NCBI GenBank assembly: GCA_963702425.1
Contig: CAVPCQ010000032.1
Span: forward strand, 1-64,000
Origin: an uncultured Acidobacteriota bacterium
Lineage (GTDB): Bacteria > Acidobacteriota > Polarisedimenticolia > J045
Length of the DNA: 64,000 nucleotides
Direction: 5' to 3'
Under the pieces are notes generated by a model. That model saw only the letters and a program-made list of their open reading frames with translations, was not told where the DNA came from and searched no databases. Below, one piece after another: positions 9,174-19,772 of the stretch. Within the stretch, counting starts at the first letter, position 1; each line of letters opens with the position of its first letter. Made by a program: the position numbers and the translations under genes.

Positions 9174-12100
9174 GTGCAACGGAGGTTCGGTCGTCGGTCC
9201 CTGGGCGTCATCGCAATCCGTTGGTCCGCAGCGTTGCTGTTGCTCGGCTCGACCGGCTCCGTGTTCGCGGGACCTCCCGCGCTCCGCAACCCCGACGTCC
9301 GCGTCGACACGGGTCGCGGCCTCTACGCGGCCTCCTCCGCCAGGAGGCCCCAGATTCTGCTCCAGGGCGACCGCGCCTACGCGGTCTACCTCGATCAGCG
9401 CTACTTCCTGGCGTTCGAGCCGTACATCAACGTGTCGGTCAATCAGGGCGGCACCTGGAACACGACTGACCGCCGGCTCAACAAGGACGGTGCCGGCGTG
9501 CCCGAGGGCGACACGGCCTACGTGTACCTCAGTAAGCCGGCCGACGCGTACGTCTTCGTTCTCTTCCTCAGCAACGACGGGCTGCAGTCGATCCCCTCGG
9601 TCGTCGCGTCGCCCGACGGTGGGGAGACCTGGAAGCCGCAGGTCGACCTTGCTTTCGCCGACTCCAACTCGCGTGAGGGTTTCTCCATCGCCTCGGCTGC
9701 CGGGGGCAAGGGTTATGTCCTGTGGAGCGACAACCGGCTCAACCTCAGCGGCGACAAGTCGGTCTGGCTCCGCCGGACCACCGACGGCGGTTCGACCTGG
9801 CTGACCGGACAGCAGGTCAACGTCAACGAAGCCAGCCCTCCGCCGTGCATCCTGGACAAGCACGAAGCGTCGACGCAGCCGGTCATGTGCACCGACGGGG
9901 GCAGCCGCCTTCTGGTCGCATGGCGCGACAAGCGAAGCGCAACCAATCCCTGCACCTACGTCACAGCACCGGGCCGGATCGTGCTGCGCTACTCGACCAA
10001 CGGCGGCACCACCTTCTTCCCTGCGTCCGAGACCCGGCTCGACCGCGCCGACGGGACTCCCGGCACCGAGTCCCAGCGTCCCGCGATCGCGTGTAACGCG
10101 AGCGAATTCGCCACGGTCGTCTGGGAGGATGCGCGGGCCGGCGCGACCAGCTGGAACATCTACGCCAACGTCTCGCAGGATGGGGGCGTGACGTGGCGCT
10201 CGGTCGACGTGCGCGTCAGCGGCGGCGGCCCCGCGGGCAAGCAGGCGCGGAATGCGAAGGTCGCCGTCGGCGCCGGCAACCCCGCGCCGATCTACGTCGC
10301 GTGGGAAGACAACCGCGATGGAGGAAAGGACCTCTACTTCTCGCACAGCGACGACGCAGGGCAGACCTGGGCGACGCCGCAGAGGCTGACCACCATCGCC
10401 AGCCCGACCGCGACGCCCCTCGAGAATTGGGACCTCTCCGCGGACGGAACGGCGGTCACCGTGGCCTGGAGCGCGGACAATCGCCCCGGACCACCGACGA
10501 CTCGGCGTTCGGACGTCTTCGAGGTTCACTCTACGGACGGCGGCGTGACCTTCCTGCCCGCCCAACGACTCGATCTCGGGACCGGGCCGAACGTCTTCGA
10601 CTCCGCAGAGCCGGACGGCGGCGCCGCGGGCACGGGGCACATCGCCATCTACGCCGACCTGCGCAACGACGTCGCCGCCGACCCGGACAGGCCGCGCCAC
10701 GACCTCTACAGCGGCGGCAGCGGGACGAGCGTCGACCCGAACGACGCCGATGCCGACGGACTTGCCCGGGCGAACGACAACTGCCCCGATTACCCGAACT
10801 TGGACCAGCGGGACCGTGATTCCGACGGGCGAGGGAACCTCTGCGATCCGCACCCGGACGATCCCGACAACGACCGCGACCTGGACGGGATCGCCTCCAA
10901 CCTGGACAACTGTCCGCTGAGGCACAATTCGAATCAGGACGACACCGACGCCGACGGGTGGGGCGACGCTTGCGACCTCTGCGCCGGGACGGCCGACCAG
11001 CTCCAGCGTGACCTCGACCGTGACGGGACGGGAGATGGCTGCGACGGCGACATCGACGGCGACGGCGTCGCCAACACAAGCGACGGCGACGACGACAGCG
11101 ACGGCTGGACCGACGCGTCCGAGAACTGCCCAACGGTCCCCAACCAGCGGCAGCAGGACGAGGATCACGACGGTCGGGGAGACGACTGTGATACCGACGA
11201 CCTGATCGTCTCGAACGTGAATATCCGGCCCGATGCGCTGCAGCCGCCGCGTATGGACTGGGACAAAGAGCCGGGCGCGTCGAGCTACAACGTGTACGTC
11301 GGCGTAGCCGATCGCCTCGCGACGGGCCACCCCGGGTTCTGCTACGCACCGTCCCTGAGTTTCTATGTCGCGCACCTGGCGGCGCAGCCCGACCCGGGTC
11401 AGATCCTCTGGTTCCTCGTCACGGCGAAGAACGGCAGCGGGACCGAGGGGAGCGCGGGAGCGCGCTCCGACGGCACGAAGCGGCCGAAACCGTCCCCCTG
11501 CGACGAGACGGCCGCTAGAGACTGGGATCTCGACGGCTTCATCAACGCGCGCGACAACTGCCGCTTCGATGCCAACGCCGACCAGACGGACCGGGACAAG
11601 GACGGCCCGGGGGACGTGTGCGACCGGTTCCCGGGCGATCCGCTCGACGACGAACCCGACCGGGACGGTGTCGGCTCCGACGTCGACAATTGTCCGTTCA
11701 TCGCCAATCGCGATCAGGCCGATGCCGATCTCGACAGGATCGGCGATTCCTGTGACGACTGCCCGACGGAATACGACCCGCTGCAGCGGGACTCCAGCGG
11801 CGACGGGATCGGCGATGCGTGTGATCCGGACAGCGACGGCGACGGCGTCCCGAACGCGATCGACGCGGACGACGACAACGACGGCGTCTCCGATGCGACC
11901 GACGACTGCGCGTTCACGGCCGACTCGTCGCAGTCCGACCAGGACCACGACGGGACCGGCGACGCCTGCGACGTCGACGACCGCGAGATCAACGACGTGG
12001 ACTTCTCACGCGGCAGCCGTGAGCGGATCGAGTGGACGCTGGAGCAGGGCGCAGCGTCGTACTCGGTCTACACGGACCTCGTTTCGAACATCAGGCCGGG

Positions 12101-12281
12101 AGGGCCCTACGGCTCCTGTTTCGTACCCGGAACGACCCTGTCCTGGGCCGAAGTCCCGGGTACTCCGGCGCCGGGGCAGGCGAGGTACTACCTCGTGACC
12201 GGCTGGTTCTCGGGAGCGCAGGGAACCGCTGGACGCGCTTCGGACGGTGGCGTGCGCACCGTCCCCTCCGGTTGCCAGTAG
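9174..12281 (+). CDS. large secreted protein: BNR/Asp-box propeller plus thrombospondin type-3 repeats
   Basis: GGGAGG then GTG; signal peptide; repeated SxDGGxTW Asp-boxes; many DxDxDGxGDxCD/DNCP repeats. Confidence 0.85.
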   Translation: MQRRFGRRSLGVIAIRWSAALLLLGSTGSVFAGPPALRNPDVRVDTGRGLYAASSARRPQILLQGDRAYAVYLDQRYFLAFEPYINVSVNQGGTWNTTDRRLNKDGAGVPEGDTAYVYLSKPADAYVFVLFLSNDGLQSIPSVVASPDGGETWKPQVDLAFADSNSREGFSIASAAGGKGYVLWSDNRLNLSGDKSVWLRRTTDGGSTWLTGQQVNVNEASPPPCILDKHEASTQPVMCTDGGSRLLVAWRDKRSATNPCTYVTAPGRIVLRYSTNGGTTFFPASETRLDRADGTPGTESQRPAIACNASEFATVVWEDARAGATSWNIYANVSQDGGVTWRSVDVRVSGGGPAGKQARNAKVAVGAGNPAPIYVAWEDNRDGGKDLYFSHSDDAGQTWATPQRLTTIASPTATPLENWDLSADGTAVTVAWSADNRPGPPTTRRSDVFEVHSTDGGVTFLPAQRLDLGTGPNVFDSAEPDGGAAGTGHIAIYADLRNDVAADPDRPRHDLYSGGSGTSVDPNDADADGLARANDNCPDYPNLDQRDRDSDGRGNLCDPHPDDPDNDRDLDGIASNLDNCPLRHNSNQDDTDADGWGDACDLCAGTADQLQRDLDRDGTGDGCDGDIDGDGVANTSDGDDDSDGWTDASENCPTVPNQRQQDEDHDGRGDDCDTDDLIVSNVNIRPDALQPPRMDWDKEPGASSYNVYVGVADRLATGHPGFCYAPSLSFYVAHLAAQPDPGQILWFLVTAKNGSGTEGSAGARSDGTKRPKPSPCDETAARDWDLDGFINARDNCRFDANADQTDRDKDGPGDVCDRFPGDPLDDEPDRDGVGSDVDNCPFIANRDQADADLDRIGDSCDDCPTEYDPLQRDSSGDGIGDACDPDSDGDGVPNAIDADDDNDGVSDATDDCAFTADSSQSDQDHDGTGDACDVDDREINDVDFSRGSRERIEWTLEQGAASYSVYTDLVSNIRPGGPYGSCFVPGTTLSWAEVPGTPAPGQARYYLVTGWFSGAQGTAGRASDGGVRTVPSGCQ

Positions 12282-12379
12282 GACGGGTCGCGAGAGCACG
12301 TCATCGGGACCACCACGGGGGAGCGGCAGGAGCGGTCGCGGACCGCGAGACCCCCCCGGGCGGCGCTGCGCAAGGTCGC

Positions 12380-12625
12380 TGACCATGGTTCCAGTCGCCC
12401 ACACCCTCGTCCACGGAGGCTTGGGCGGCGACGGCGAGGTCGAAGCCAATCGTCCACCATCCGGCACAACGGACGTTCGAAGTACGACACGAGCTGGCCG
12501 GCGTTGTGACCGGTGGCCCCGTGGGCGATGCGGTCGCGTTCCAGGAGGAGCACGTCGCGATCGGTGTCGCGCAGCAGGAACAACGCCGTCGCCGCGCCGG
12601 CCAACGGCGGGCCGAGCGGCCCGCG
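12380..12625 (-). pseudogene. fragment of FAD-dependent oxidoreductase (DAO-like)
   Basis: LAGAATALFL..VLLLERDRIAHGATGHNAG FAD-binding N-terminus; no intact start or C-terminus. Confidence 0.55.
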
Positions 12626-13173
12626 CTGTTCGAGCCACGGAGAGCGGGGGACCCGAGGCACATCGCGTGGACCCCAACATCGGCGCAGCGCCCACCACGA
12701 GCGGCCTCTGAGGGGACCACGTCGCGGCGGAGGGGCGGTCCTGCACGCGGTCCGCGATGCGGCTAGGGTGGCCGCGCGTCGGACGCTGGGCCGCCGGGAG
12801 TTGCTTGGCGCCCGCCACAGCCGCGGGACGAGTGACAACCGTTCGTCTCAGCGCCGAGCAATGTGATGCACTTCCCGGGTCGCGGCTCTCCGCGCGTTAC
12901 ATACTCATATGTTCGATAACGGGCCGTGCGGCGTCCGGCCACGGTGATGGCAGGCGACCGCCTGTGGCTCAACGGTCAGTGACGAGGCCCCGGTCCGTTC
13001 TCCAAGGGCCGATGTCGGAAGCTCCTCACTGACCCTCATGGGCCACGCACGCCGATCACGCATGCAATTCACTGGCAGATCTTGCGCCATCGTCGTACTT
13101 GAAGAGGCCGCTGCACACTTGCCGCAGGGTGTCGCCCCGCGCGATCCGTCACTGAGATCCAGGAGGCTCGTCG

Positions 13174-13719
13174 ATGCTGCGTGTGGCCTTGGTGCTGGCG
13201 GTGCTCTGGGCCTTGTCGATCACCGGCGGCTCCGCACAGACGAGCGCCAGCTACCGGCTCACCGAGGCCACGCTCAACGCCGGAGGAAACCCCTCACAGG
13301 GCTCGATCCTTGCGTCCGCGAGCTTCCGGATCCGTCTCGACGCGATCGGCGAAGCGGCGCTGCCGGGCCCGCAGTCGAGCGGCTCGTTCCGCGCCGACGG
13401 CGGCTTCGTCGGCACGTTCCGCCCGCCGGAGGAAGTGCGGGGACTGCGCTTCACGGACCTCTCGACCCTCGCGTGGGACCCCGAGCGTTCGATCGGAACC
13501 TACGCCGTCTACCGCGACGGGCTCGAGGCATTGCCCGCTTCGGGCGGCGCCTGCCGCTCGTCGGGGTTCGCAGCGTCGACATTCGTCGACCGCTCCGCCC
13601 CCAAAGAAGGCCGCGGCTGGTTCTACCTCGTCACCGCGCGCAACCGGCTGCGGGAGGAGGGAACGCGGGGAACGCGCAGCGACGGCGTCCCCCGCCCCGC
13701 CACCGCACCGTGCCCGTGA
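13174..13719 (+). CDS. secreted hypothetical protein
   Basis: AGGAGG RBS; signal peptide; C-terminal WFYLVTARN..EGTRG..SDG..R..C domain shared with 9174..12281. Confidence 0.8.
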   Translation: MLRVALVLAVLWALSITGGSAQTSASYRLTEATLNAGGNPSQGSILASASFRIRLDAIGEAALPGPQSSGSFRADGGFVGTFRPPEEVRGLRFTDLSTLAWDPERSIGTYAVYRDGLEALPASGGACRSSGFAASTFVDRSAPKEGRGWFYLVTARNRLREEGTRGTRSDGVPRPATAPCP

Positions 13720-13748
13720 AAACCAACCGAGCGAAGAAGGAGTCCGGC

Positions 13749-15903
13749 ATGTTCCCCCGTACACGAACGGTTCTCGTCCTGCTCGCGCTCGCTTCATTCG
13801 CCGGCAGTGCGCAGGCGACCGACCCGACGCCCCTCGTCAACTACCAGGGCGTCCTGCGCGATGCCGCCGACGCGCCATTGACTGGCTCGTTCGACATGAC
13901 GTTCCGCTTCTACGATGCGCCGACCGGAGGGAGCGAGATCCTCGTCGACGCGCACCGTGCGGGCAGCGGCGGCGCGGTGGCCGTGCAGGGCGGGTTGTTC
14001 AACGTGCTGCTCGGCCAGGGAACCGTGTCGGACGGCAGTGGACCGGGCGTGTACACGTCGCTCGACCAGGTCTTCGCCGGCTACGCCGACGTGTGGCTCG
14101 CGGTGCAGGTCGGCGGGGAGACGCTCGCCCCGCGGACCCGCGTCGTGTCAGCGGCGTCGGCGCTCAACGCGTCGCGCCTCGGCGGCCGTCCAGCGACGGG
14201 CTTCCTCACGACCGACCCCGGCGTCGCGACGTCGGACGGCTCGCTCCGGCTGCTCGGCAACGGGACGTTGGGCATGGAGTCGTACGGCCAGCTCTGGGGC
14301 GGCTTCTTCCAGGACGCGGACCAGCCGGACACGTTCGCGTACGCGGGCTCCGGCCACACCGGGCTGTGGGGCTACGGGGCGGGACGGGGCGGGACCTTCT
14401 TCAACCAGACGACGGGGGCCACGGCGTATCTCGCCGGGGCCGAGGACGTGTCGAACCCGCGATATGGCATCGAGGCGCTCGGTACACAGGACGTCAATGG
14501 GGTCGGTGGCGGCGGTCTGTTCCGCGACCTCTCGACGACTTCGCGCGTCCTGCTCGCCTCGGGCTACTTCCCGCTCGTCGCCACGACCGGTGATGGCGCG
14601 ACGGCGGGTCTCTTCTCGAGCTACGGTGCGTCCGCGTACCTGGCGAGCGGGAACGGCGGGGTCGGCGGCGAGTGCTGCTCGGCCGGCGTCGACGGCCGCG
14701 CCTACGGCGCCGGCGGTTACTTCGAGGACACCCTCGACGGCGCGTGGTCCTACGCCGCCCGCGATACCTACAAGGTCTACGGCAACGGCGGCGTCTCGTT
14801 CGTGCAGAACCACCCGTACGAGAAGAACCGAGTGATCGTGTACGGCGCACCGGAGGGGGACGAGTTCGCGGTCTACACCCGCGGCAGCGCGCGCCTCGTC
14901 AAGGGCGTCGCCCGCGTGACGCTCGGCGCGACCTTCCCGCTCGTCGCCAACCCGGACATCGGGCTCACCGTGCAGCTCACGCCGCGCGGCGCGACGCGCG
15001 GGCTGTACGTCGAGTCCGTGTCGACGACGGAGACTCGTGGTCCGCGAGCAGGACGGCGGAAGCGGCGACGTCGCGTTCGACTTCGTCGTGATGGGCCTCC
15101 GGATCGGCTTCGAAGAGGTCAGCATCGTCCAACCCAAGCGGAACGAGGCGAAGATCCCGTCGATGCGCGCGCACCGCGAGATCTTCGCCACCGACCCGCT
15201 GCTGCGGCGCGACACGTCGCTCGAGCGATTCGGCGCGATGCGCACGGGAATGGCCGTGACGAGCGCGGGGCAGGACGCGCCGCTCGACCTGTCGCGCGCC
15301 AACGCGCTCAAGCTTGCGATCGGCGAGTTCGACCCGGCGCGCGATGCCGCCGACGTGCGGGGACTCGGCGCGCCCGAGCTGCCGGCGGCGCTACGCGCGC
15401 GGCGCGAGGGCCAGGCGGCCGCCGCGCCGTCGCCTGTCACGCCGGCCGCGGCGCTCGCCTCACGCGGCGCAGCGACCGCGGGCCGGACGTCGCCCGACGC
15501 GAGGCTGGAGACGCCGGCGCGCGAGGCGATCGCGTTGGCTCCTGCTCTGCCGCAGTTCCCCGTTACTGGCCGCGTCGAGCCGGGCGATCTGCTCGCGCTC
15601 GACCCGTGGCGTGCCGGTCACGTCGTTCGAACGACCGAAATCGCCGACCCGCGCGTTCTCGGCGTCGCGGCCGAAGCGGCCGAGGACGGATCTCCAGTCG
15701 GCGTGCTGCTCACCGGGATCGCAACGGTGAAGGTCGACGCGACGACGCTTCCGATCGAGCCGGGGATGCTGCTCGTCGCGGGGCCGCTCGCGGGCCACGC
15801 GATGGCGGCGACCAACGCGCCCGGCGGCACCGTGGTCGGCAAGGCGATCGACCGCCTGGATGGCGGGACGGGGACGATCCGGGTGCTGCTGCTGGCGCGC
15901 TGA
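13749..15903 (+). CDS. secreted beta-rich surface/fibre-like protein, frameshifted near 15033
   Basis: AAGGAG RBS; signal peptide; NYQGVLRD..FRFYDAPTGG N-domain; Gly-rich repeats; removing one A at about 15033 joins STTE to LVVREQDGG of ORF 15037..15903. Confidence 0.75.
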
Positions 15904-16453
15904 GCCGACACACGCGGTCCTCCTCTGGCCTGTCCTTCGTCACAGGCCCGAGCGCCTGATTCCTCGGCACCTTGCGCGCTACGCCGTACGACCGCCGGGC
16001 GGTCCACGGGAGCGTCTTGGCGGCGGGTGCGACCCTCGAGTGCTGCCTCGGGTTGCCGACCCCGGCGACTCCGGCGGCCCCGGCGCAGCGCCGCCCTGAG
16101 GACGCCGCGCTCCCGGACCTCGATCTCGCTTCGGTCGAGTGGGAGGACCGACTATCGGGGGACGCGGCACGTGTCCCGGGCGGTCGGGGTGAGTCGCTTC
16201 GCGGGTCTTCCTGAAGCGACCGGACGCGACCTTCGCCTTGTCACTTGTCCCGCGACCGTCGCGAGCGCAGACCCGGATCCCGTGGACTCGCGCCCGGTCT
16301 CTGCCCTTGCCCCATCGCGGAGCGCGGGTAGGACCGCTTGTCGCCAAATCCACGGCAGCATCGCGTGATTGCAATTCCTCGGATACTGCGCTATACAGCA
16401 CCTCGTCTGCGACGATCGTGAGAAGCGCCAGCAGAGGAGCGTCTCAGCGGTCT

Positions 16454-17536
16454 ATGGAGAAGGTGATCGTTACGGCTGACGAGATATCGCTCGCTCAGCC
16501 GGAGGCGCAGTTTGACTCCAGCGCGGAGAAGCGGACGGCGTCCCCTGTACCGATGTGGACGAAGCTGATCCTCGCACCGCTAGTTCTTGCGCTCCCGCTG
16601 CTAGCCATCGTAACTGCGGTCCTGCGGACGGCAATTCGCAACCAGCCGCCACGCACCCGCCAAGCGATCACTTCGTACCTCTGCTCACTGTTGGTCGCGA
16701 GCGCGCTGCTGACATCGGCATCCACGGTCATTCTGCTTTTCATGCAGCCGAGCCGTTTTGTCATGAGCTCCGGACTGACCGATCTTGACGAGTGCGCTTC
16801 ATTCCCGCATCTGCCGAAGGAACACCCACTGACCGCATCCCAGATCGGCGAGATCTTCAAGCCCTTGGTCGTCGTCATCTCGCCGGAGAACAGCCTCTGG
16901 TTCGGCCGGGGCAGTGAGCCTTCGGACGCGCTCGGCTCCGGACTCCTGCTCTACGCCGGCGTCGACGGCTACCTGTTCGCGACGGCCAAGCACGTCATCG
17001 ACGCCTATTCGAAGGATGGAACCGGCGTGATGCTCCACACAGTGAACGGTGCGTGGGCCCGTGGAGTCGTCGTGGGGCGCCATCAGACAGCCGACGCCGC
17101 GCTGGTCTGGATGCGCCGTGTGATGGGCTCCGGACGATTCTGCCAGCCGGTCGCTTCCGACGAAGAAGTCGCGGTCGGCGACCCGGTCTTCGTCATCGGC
17201 CACCCCGTGGGACTCACGTTCGCGCTCTCAACAGGCATCGTGTCGCGGCTCGCGGACCCGCAGGTGCTCCAGATCAGCGCACCGATCAGCCCGGGCAACA
17301 GCGGCGGACCAGTCTATGACGACAGCGGGAGATTGGTGGGGATCGTCACCTCCATGTTCGACACTCGGCTCGAGTCCCACGCCCAGAATCTGAATTTCGC
17401 GTTGCGAGCGGATGTGCTGACCCAGCCGGCTGGCTGGAGGTTTACGGGCAACGGCGTGGACTCGTATGAGCAGTTCCTCAGTGAATGCCTCCCGCAGCAG
17501 AACAGCGCGGATGTTTCCGCAGGGGACCCCGGATAG
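16454..17536 (+). CDS. membrane-anchored trypsin-like (HtrA/S1C-like) serine protease
   Basis: two TM helices; TAKHV (His), ADAAL (Asp), ISPGNSGGP (Ser). Confidence 0.88.
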   Translation: MEKVIVTADEISLAQPEAQFDSSAEKRTASPVPMWTKLILAPLVLALPLLAIVTAVLRTAIRNQPPRTRQAITSYLCSLLVASALLTSASTVILLFMQPSRFVMSSGLTDLDECASFPHLPKEHPLTASQIGEIFKPLVVVISPENSLWFGRGSEPSDALGSGLLLYAGVDGYLFATAKHVIDAYSKDGTGVMLHTVNGAWARGVVVGRHQTADAALVWMRRVMGSGRFCQPVASDEEVAVGDPVFVIGHPVGLTFALSTGIVSRLADPQVLQISAPISPGNSGGPVYDDSGRLVGIVTSMFDTRLESHAQNLNFALRADVLTQPAGWRFTGNGVDSYEQFLSECLPQQNSADVSAGDPG

Positions 17537-17538
17537 CC

Positions 17539-17808
17539 ATGGCCATCATCAATGTCTTCGTTTACGATTCGACGGAGAACAAACGGGTTCCCGTTGAGTT
17601 GCCCGACGATGCCCCGGTCAACAAGATCATTGCCGTGTTGATCGACAAGCTGTTGCTGCCGAAGAATGGGCCCGACGGGGCACCGTTAAGCTACAAGTTC
17701 CATCATAAGAATTCCGGGCGCCAGGTCCAGGACGGACAGACACTCGCCCAGGCCGGCGTCCAGAGCGGCGACATCCTCCGATTGCAGCCCGAAATCACGG
17801 CGGGTTGA
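17539..17808 (+). CDS. ubiquitin-like protein (YukD/EsaB-like beta-grasp)
   Basis: 89 aa; TLAQAGVQSGDILRL ubiquitin-fold signature; ends EITAG with terminal Gly; directly upstream of E1. Confidence 0.88.
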   Translation: MAIINVFVYDSTENKRVPVELPDDAPVNKIIAVLIDKLLLPKNGPDGAPLSYKFHHKNSGRQVQDGQTLAQAGVQSGDILRLQPEITAG

Positions 17809-18987
17809 TTGAACGCGACGCGCGACCAGGACGTCGGTTCCCCGGACGACAGGTTCGGTCGTCTGCGCCTGATCCCGTGGTGGGACCAGGAGAAGCTCTC
17901 GAGCGCGCGCGTGCTGGTTGTCGGTTGCGGTGCGCTTGGCAACGAACTGCTCAAGAACCTGGCCCTCCTGGGAGTCGGTCGCTTCGTCATTGCTGATCTC
18001 GATACCGTCGAGCTGTCAAACCTCTCGCGCAGCGTGCTCTTCCGGACGGTCGACCTCGGCCGTGGAAAGGCCGAGGCCGCCGCTGGCGGCATCCAACAGC
18101 TCCTCCCCGGCGCGCGCGTGCAGCCCCTGCGAGCTGACATCGTGCACCAACTCGGGTTGGGTCTGTTCTACTGGGCGGACGTCGTTTTCGCCGGCGTTGA
18201 TAACCGCGAAGCGCGCCTCTGGATCAACCGCTCGGCCTGGAAGATGAACCGGCCGTGGGTAGACGGCGCGATCGAAGGCATCGATGGTGTGGTCCGCGTC
18301 TTTCTTCCCGGCCGCCCGCCCTGCTACGAGTGCACGATGGGCGAAATCGACTGGGCCATCCTGCAGAGGCGTATGTCCTGCAACCTCCTATTGCACGGAG
18401 ACCAGGAGCAGGGAAAGGTTCCAACCACGCCGACCATCGCGTCCATCATCGCGGGCATGCAGGTACAGGAAGCCGTCAAGCTGCTGCACGGCCTGCCCAC
18501 GCTTGCGGGCAAAGGTTTCGTGTTCGACGGCCTCAATCACAGCTCCTATGTAGTGGAATACACTGAGAATCTGGCTTGCCAGAGCCACTACACGCTCCAC
18601 ACTGTCCACGAACTGCCCCAGGCCTCACGGGAACTGACACTTTCCGAACTCCTGAAGATCGCGCGCGCGGATCTGGGCGAGCATGCCGCAATCGAATTCA
18701 GCCGTGACATCATCCGTCGCCTCGTCTGTCCCAGGTGCGGTGACGAGGAACTGCCGTTCGCGCCCGTCGGGAGCATTCCGTATGCCCGCGGTCACTGCCC
18801 TCAAGACGGAGCCATGCGCATCGTGGAAACCGTCCACGCCTACACCGGCCAGGAGGACTTCGGCACACGTAGGCTCGACGAGCTTGGCCTGCCGCTCTAC
18901 GACGTCTTTGTCGCCCGCTGCGGCGCGAGGGAGATCGGGTACATCCCCGCCGGCGACGCCCCTCTCGTGCTCGGCGCGGTGATGTGA
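17809..18987 (+). CDS. E1-like ubiquitin-activating enzyme (ThiF family)
   Basis: VLVVGCGALG, DLDTVELSNLSR, VDNREAR; CYEC zinc site; candidate catalytic Cys in RRMSC; C-terminal CPRC..CPQD. Confidence 0.92.
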   Translation: MNATRDQDVGSPDDRFGRLRLIPWWDQEKLSSARVLVVGCGALGNELLKNLALLGVGRFVIADLDTVELSNLSRSVLFRTVDLGRGKAEAAAGGIQQLLPGARVQPLRADIVHQLGLGLFYWADVVFAGVDNREARLWINRSAWKMNRPWVDGAIEGIDGVVRVFLPGRPPCYECTMGEIDWAILQRRMSCNLLLHGDQEQGKVPTTPTIASIIAGMQVQEAVKLLHGLPTLAGKGFVFDGLNHSSYVVEYTENLACQSHYTLHTVHELPQASRELTLSELLKIARADLGEHAAIEFSRDIIRRLVCPRCGDEELPFAPVGSIPYARGHCPQDGAMRIVETVHAYTGQEDFGTRRLDELGLPLYDVFVARCGAREIGYIPAGDAPLVLGAVM

Positions 18988-19772
18988 TGAGTAGGAAGGT
19001 CCCACCCGGGCGCGCCCGGGCACCAGAGGTGACACTCTGCGTCGACGTCCTGCGCAAGATCCGCCGGCACGCACGAGCGTCGCCGACGACGGAGGTCTGC
19101 GGCGTACTGATCGGAACCACAAGTGACGACGGGGTGGTCGTCGAAGAGTGCATCCAGGGCGTGAACGCCGCGCAAGGGAGCGCGCACGTCACATTCACGC
19201 AGGAGGCATGGGAGCATATCTACAGGATCAAGGACCGCGACTACCCCCATCTGCGGATAGTCGGCTGGTATCATTCGCACCCGGGCTTTGGCGTATTTCT
19301 CTCCGACCAGGACGTCTTCATCCAGAAGAACTTCTTTTCCGCCCCAACGCAGATTGCGTGGGTCTACGACCCGCACTCGGATGCTGAAGGCTGTTTCGGG
19401 TACGTCGATGGCGAGATCAAGCGGCTGCGGGACATGCGTGTCCGCGATGACGGGATGCGGGTCTCGACCGACGAGTCGGAGTTTGAGGACCCCGGAGACG
19501 CCGTCCGGCGTCTCGCGATAGACGAGCCTCCAGTCCACCGCCGGAAGGACCTACTCTTCACGGTGCTCTCCTATGTGGCCGCTGTGTTGCTGGGAGCGGC
19601 GCTAGCTCTTTACTTTCTGGGGCCGATGACAGTCGTTGTGCGGGTCCCGAAAGAACAGCATGAAGAGAGGATGCGTTCGCGTCCCGCGGATTCTGAAAAG
19701 CATGCCCCCGCCCGGAAGCCTGTCCCGGAACAGCGCACGGAGGGCACCAGACCCGGCGGAGATCGCAAATGA
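18984..19772 (+). CDS. JAB/MPN+ metalloisopeptidase with TM helix
   Basis: EVCG and GWYHSHPGFGVFLSDQD JAMM motif; hydrophobic helix near the C-terminus. Confidence 0.92.
   Translation: MMSRKVPPGRARAPEVTLCVDVLRKIRRHARASPTTEVCGVLIGTTSDDGVVVEECIQGVNAAQGSAHVTFTQEAWEHIYRIKDRDYPHLRIVGWYHSHPGFGVFLSDQDVFIQKNFFSAPTQIAWVYDPHSDAEGCFGYVDGEIKRLRDMRVRDDGMRVSTDESEFEDPGDAVRRLAIDEPPVHRRKDLLFTVLSYVAAVLLGAALALYFLGPMTVVVRVPKEQHEERMRSRPADSEKHAPARKPVPEQRTEGTRPGGDRK

Noticed and set aside
10730-11990. GAC-rich repeats as a non-coding repeat or array
   Set aside because: They encode Asp-rich thrombospondin type-3 calcium-binding repeats.
13038-15959. 973-aa ORF as a single protein
   Set aside because: The first ~237 codons overlap the real 13174..13719 gene in another frame and the end is post-frameshift junk.
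16150-16230. HicA-like toxin (THPDRPGHV on the minus strand)
   Set aside because: Only a few residues match; no GSH motif, start codon or hicB partner.
17539-18987. Ubl plus ThiF as thiamine/molybdopterin sulfur-carrier biosynthesis
   Set aside because: E2, RING and JAB are present and no cofactor biosynthesis genes are adjacent.
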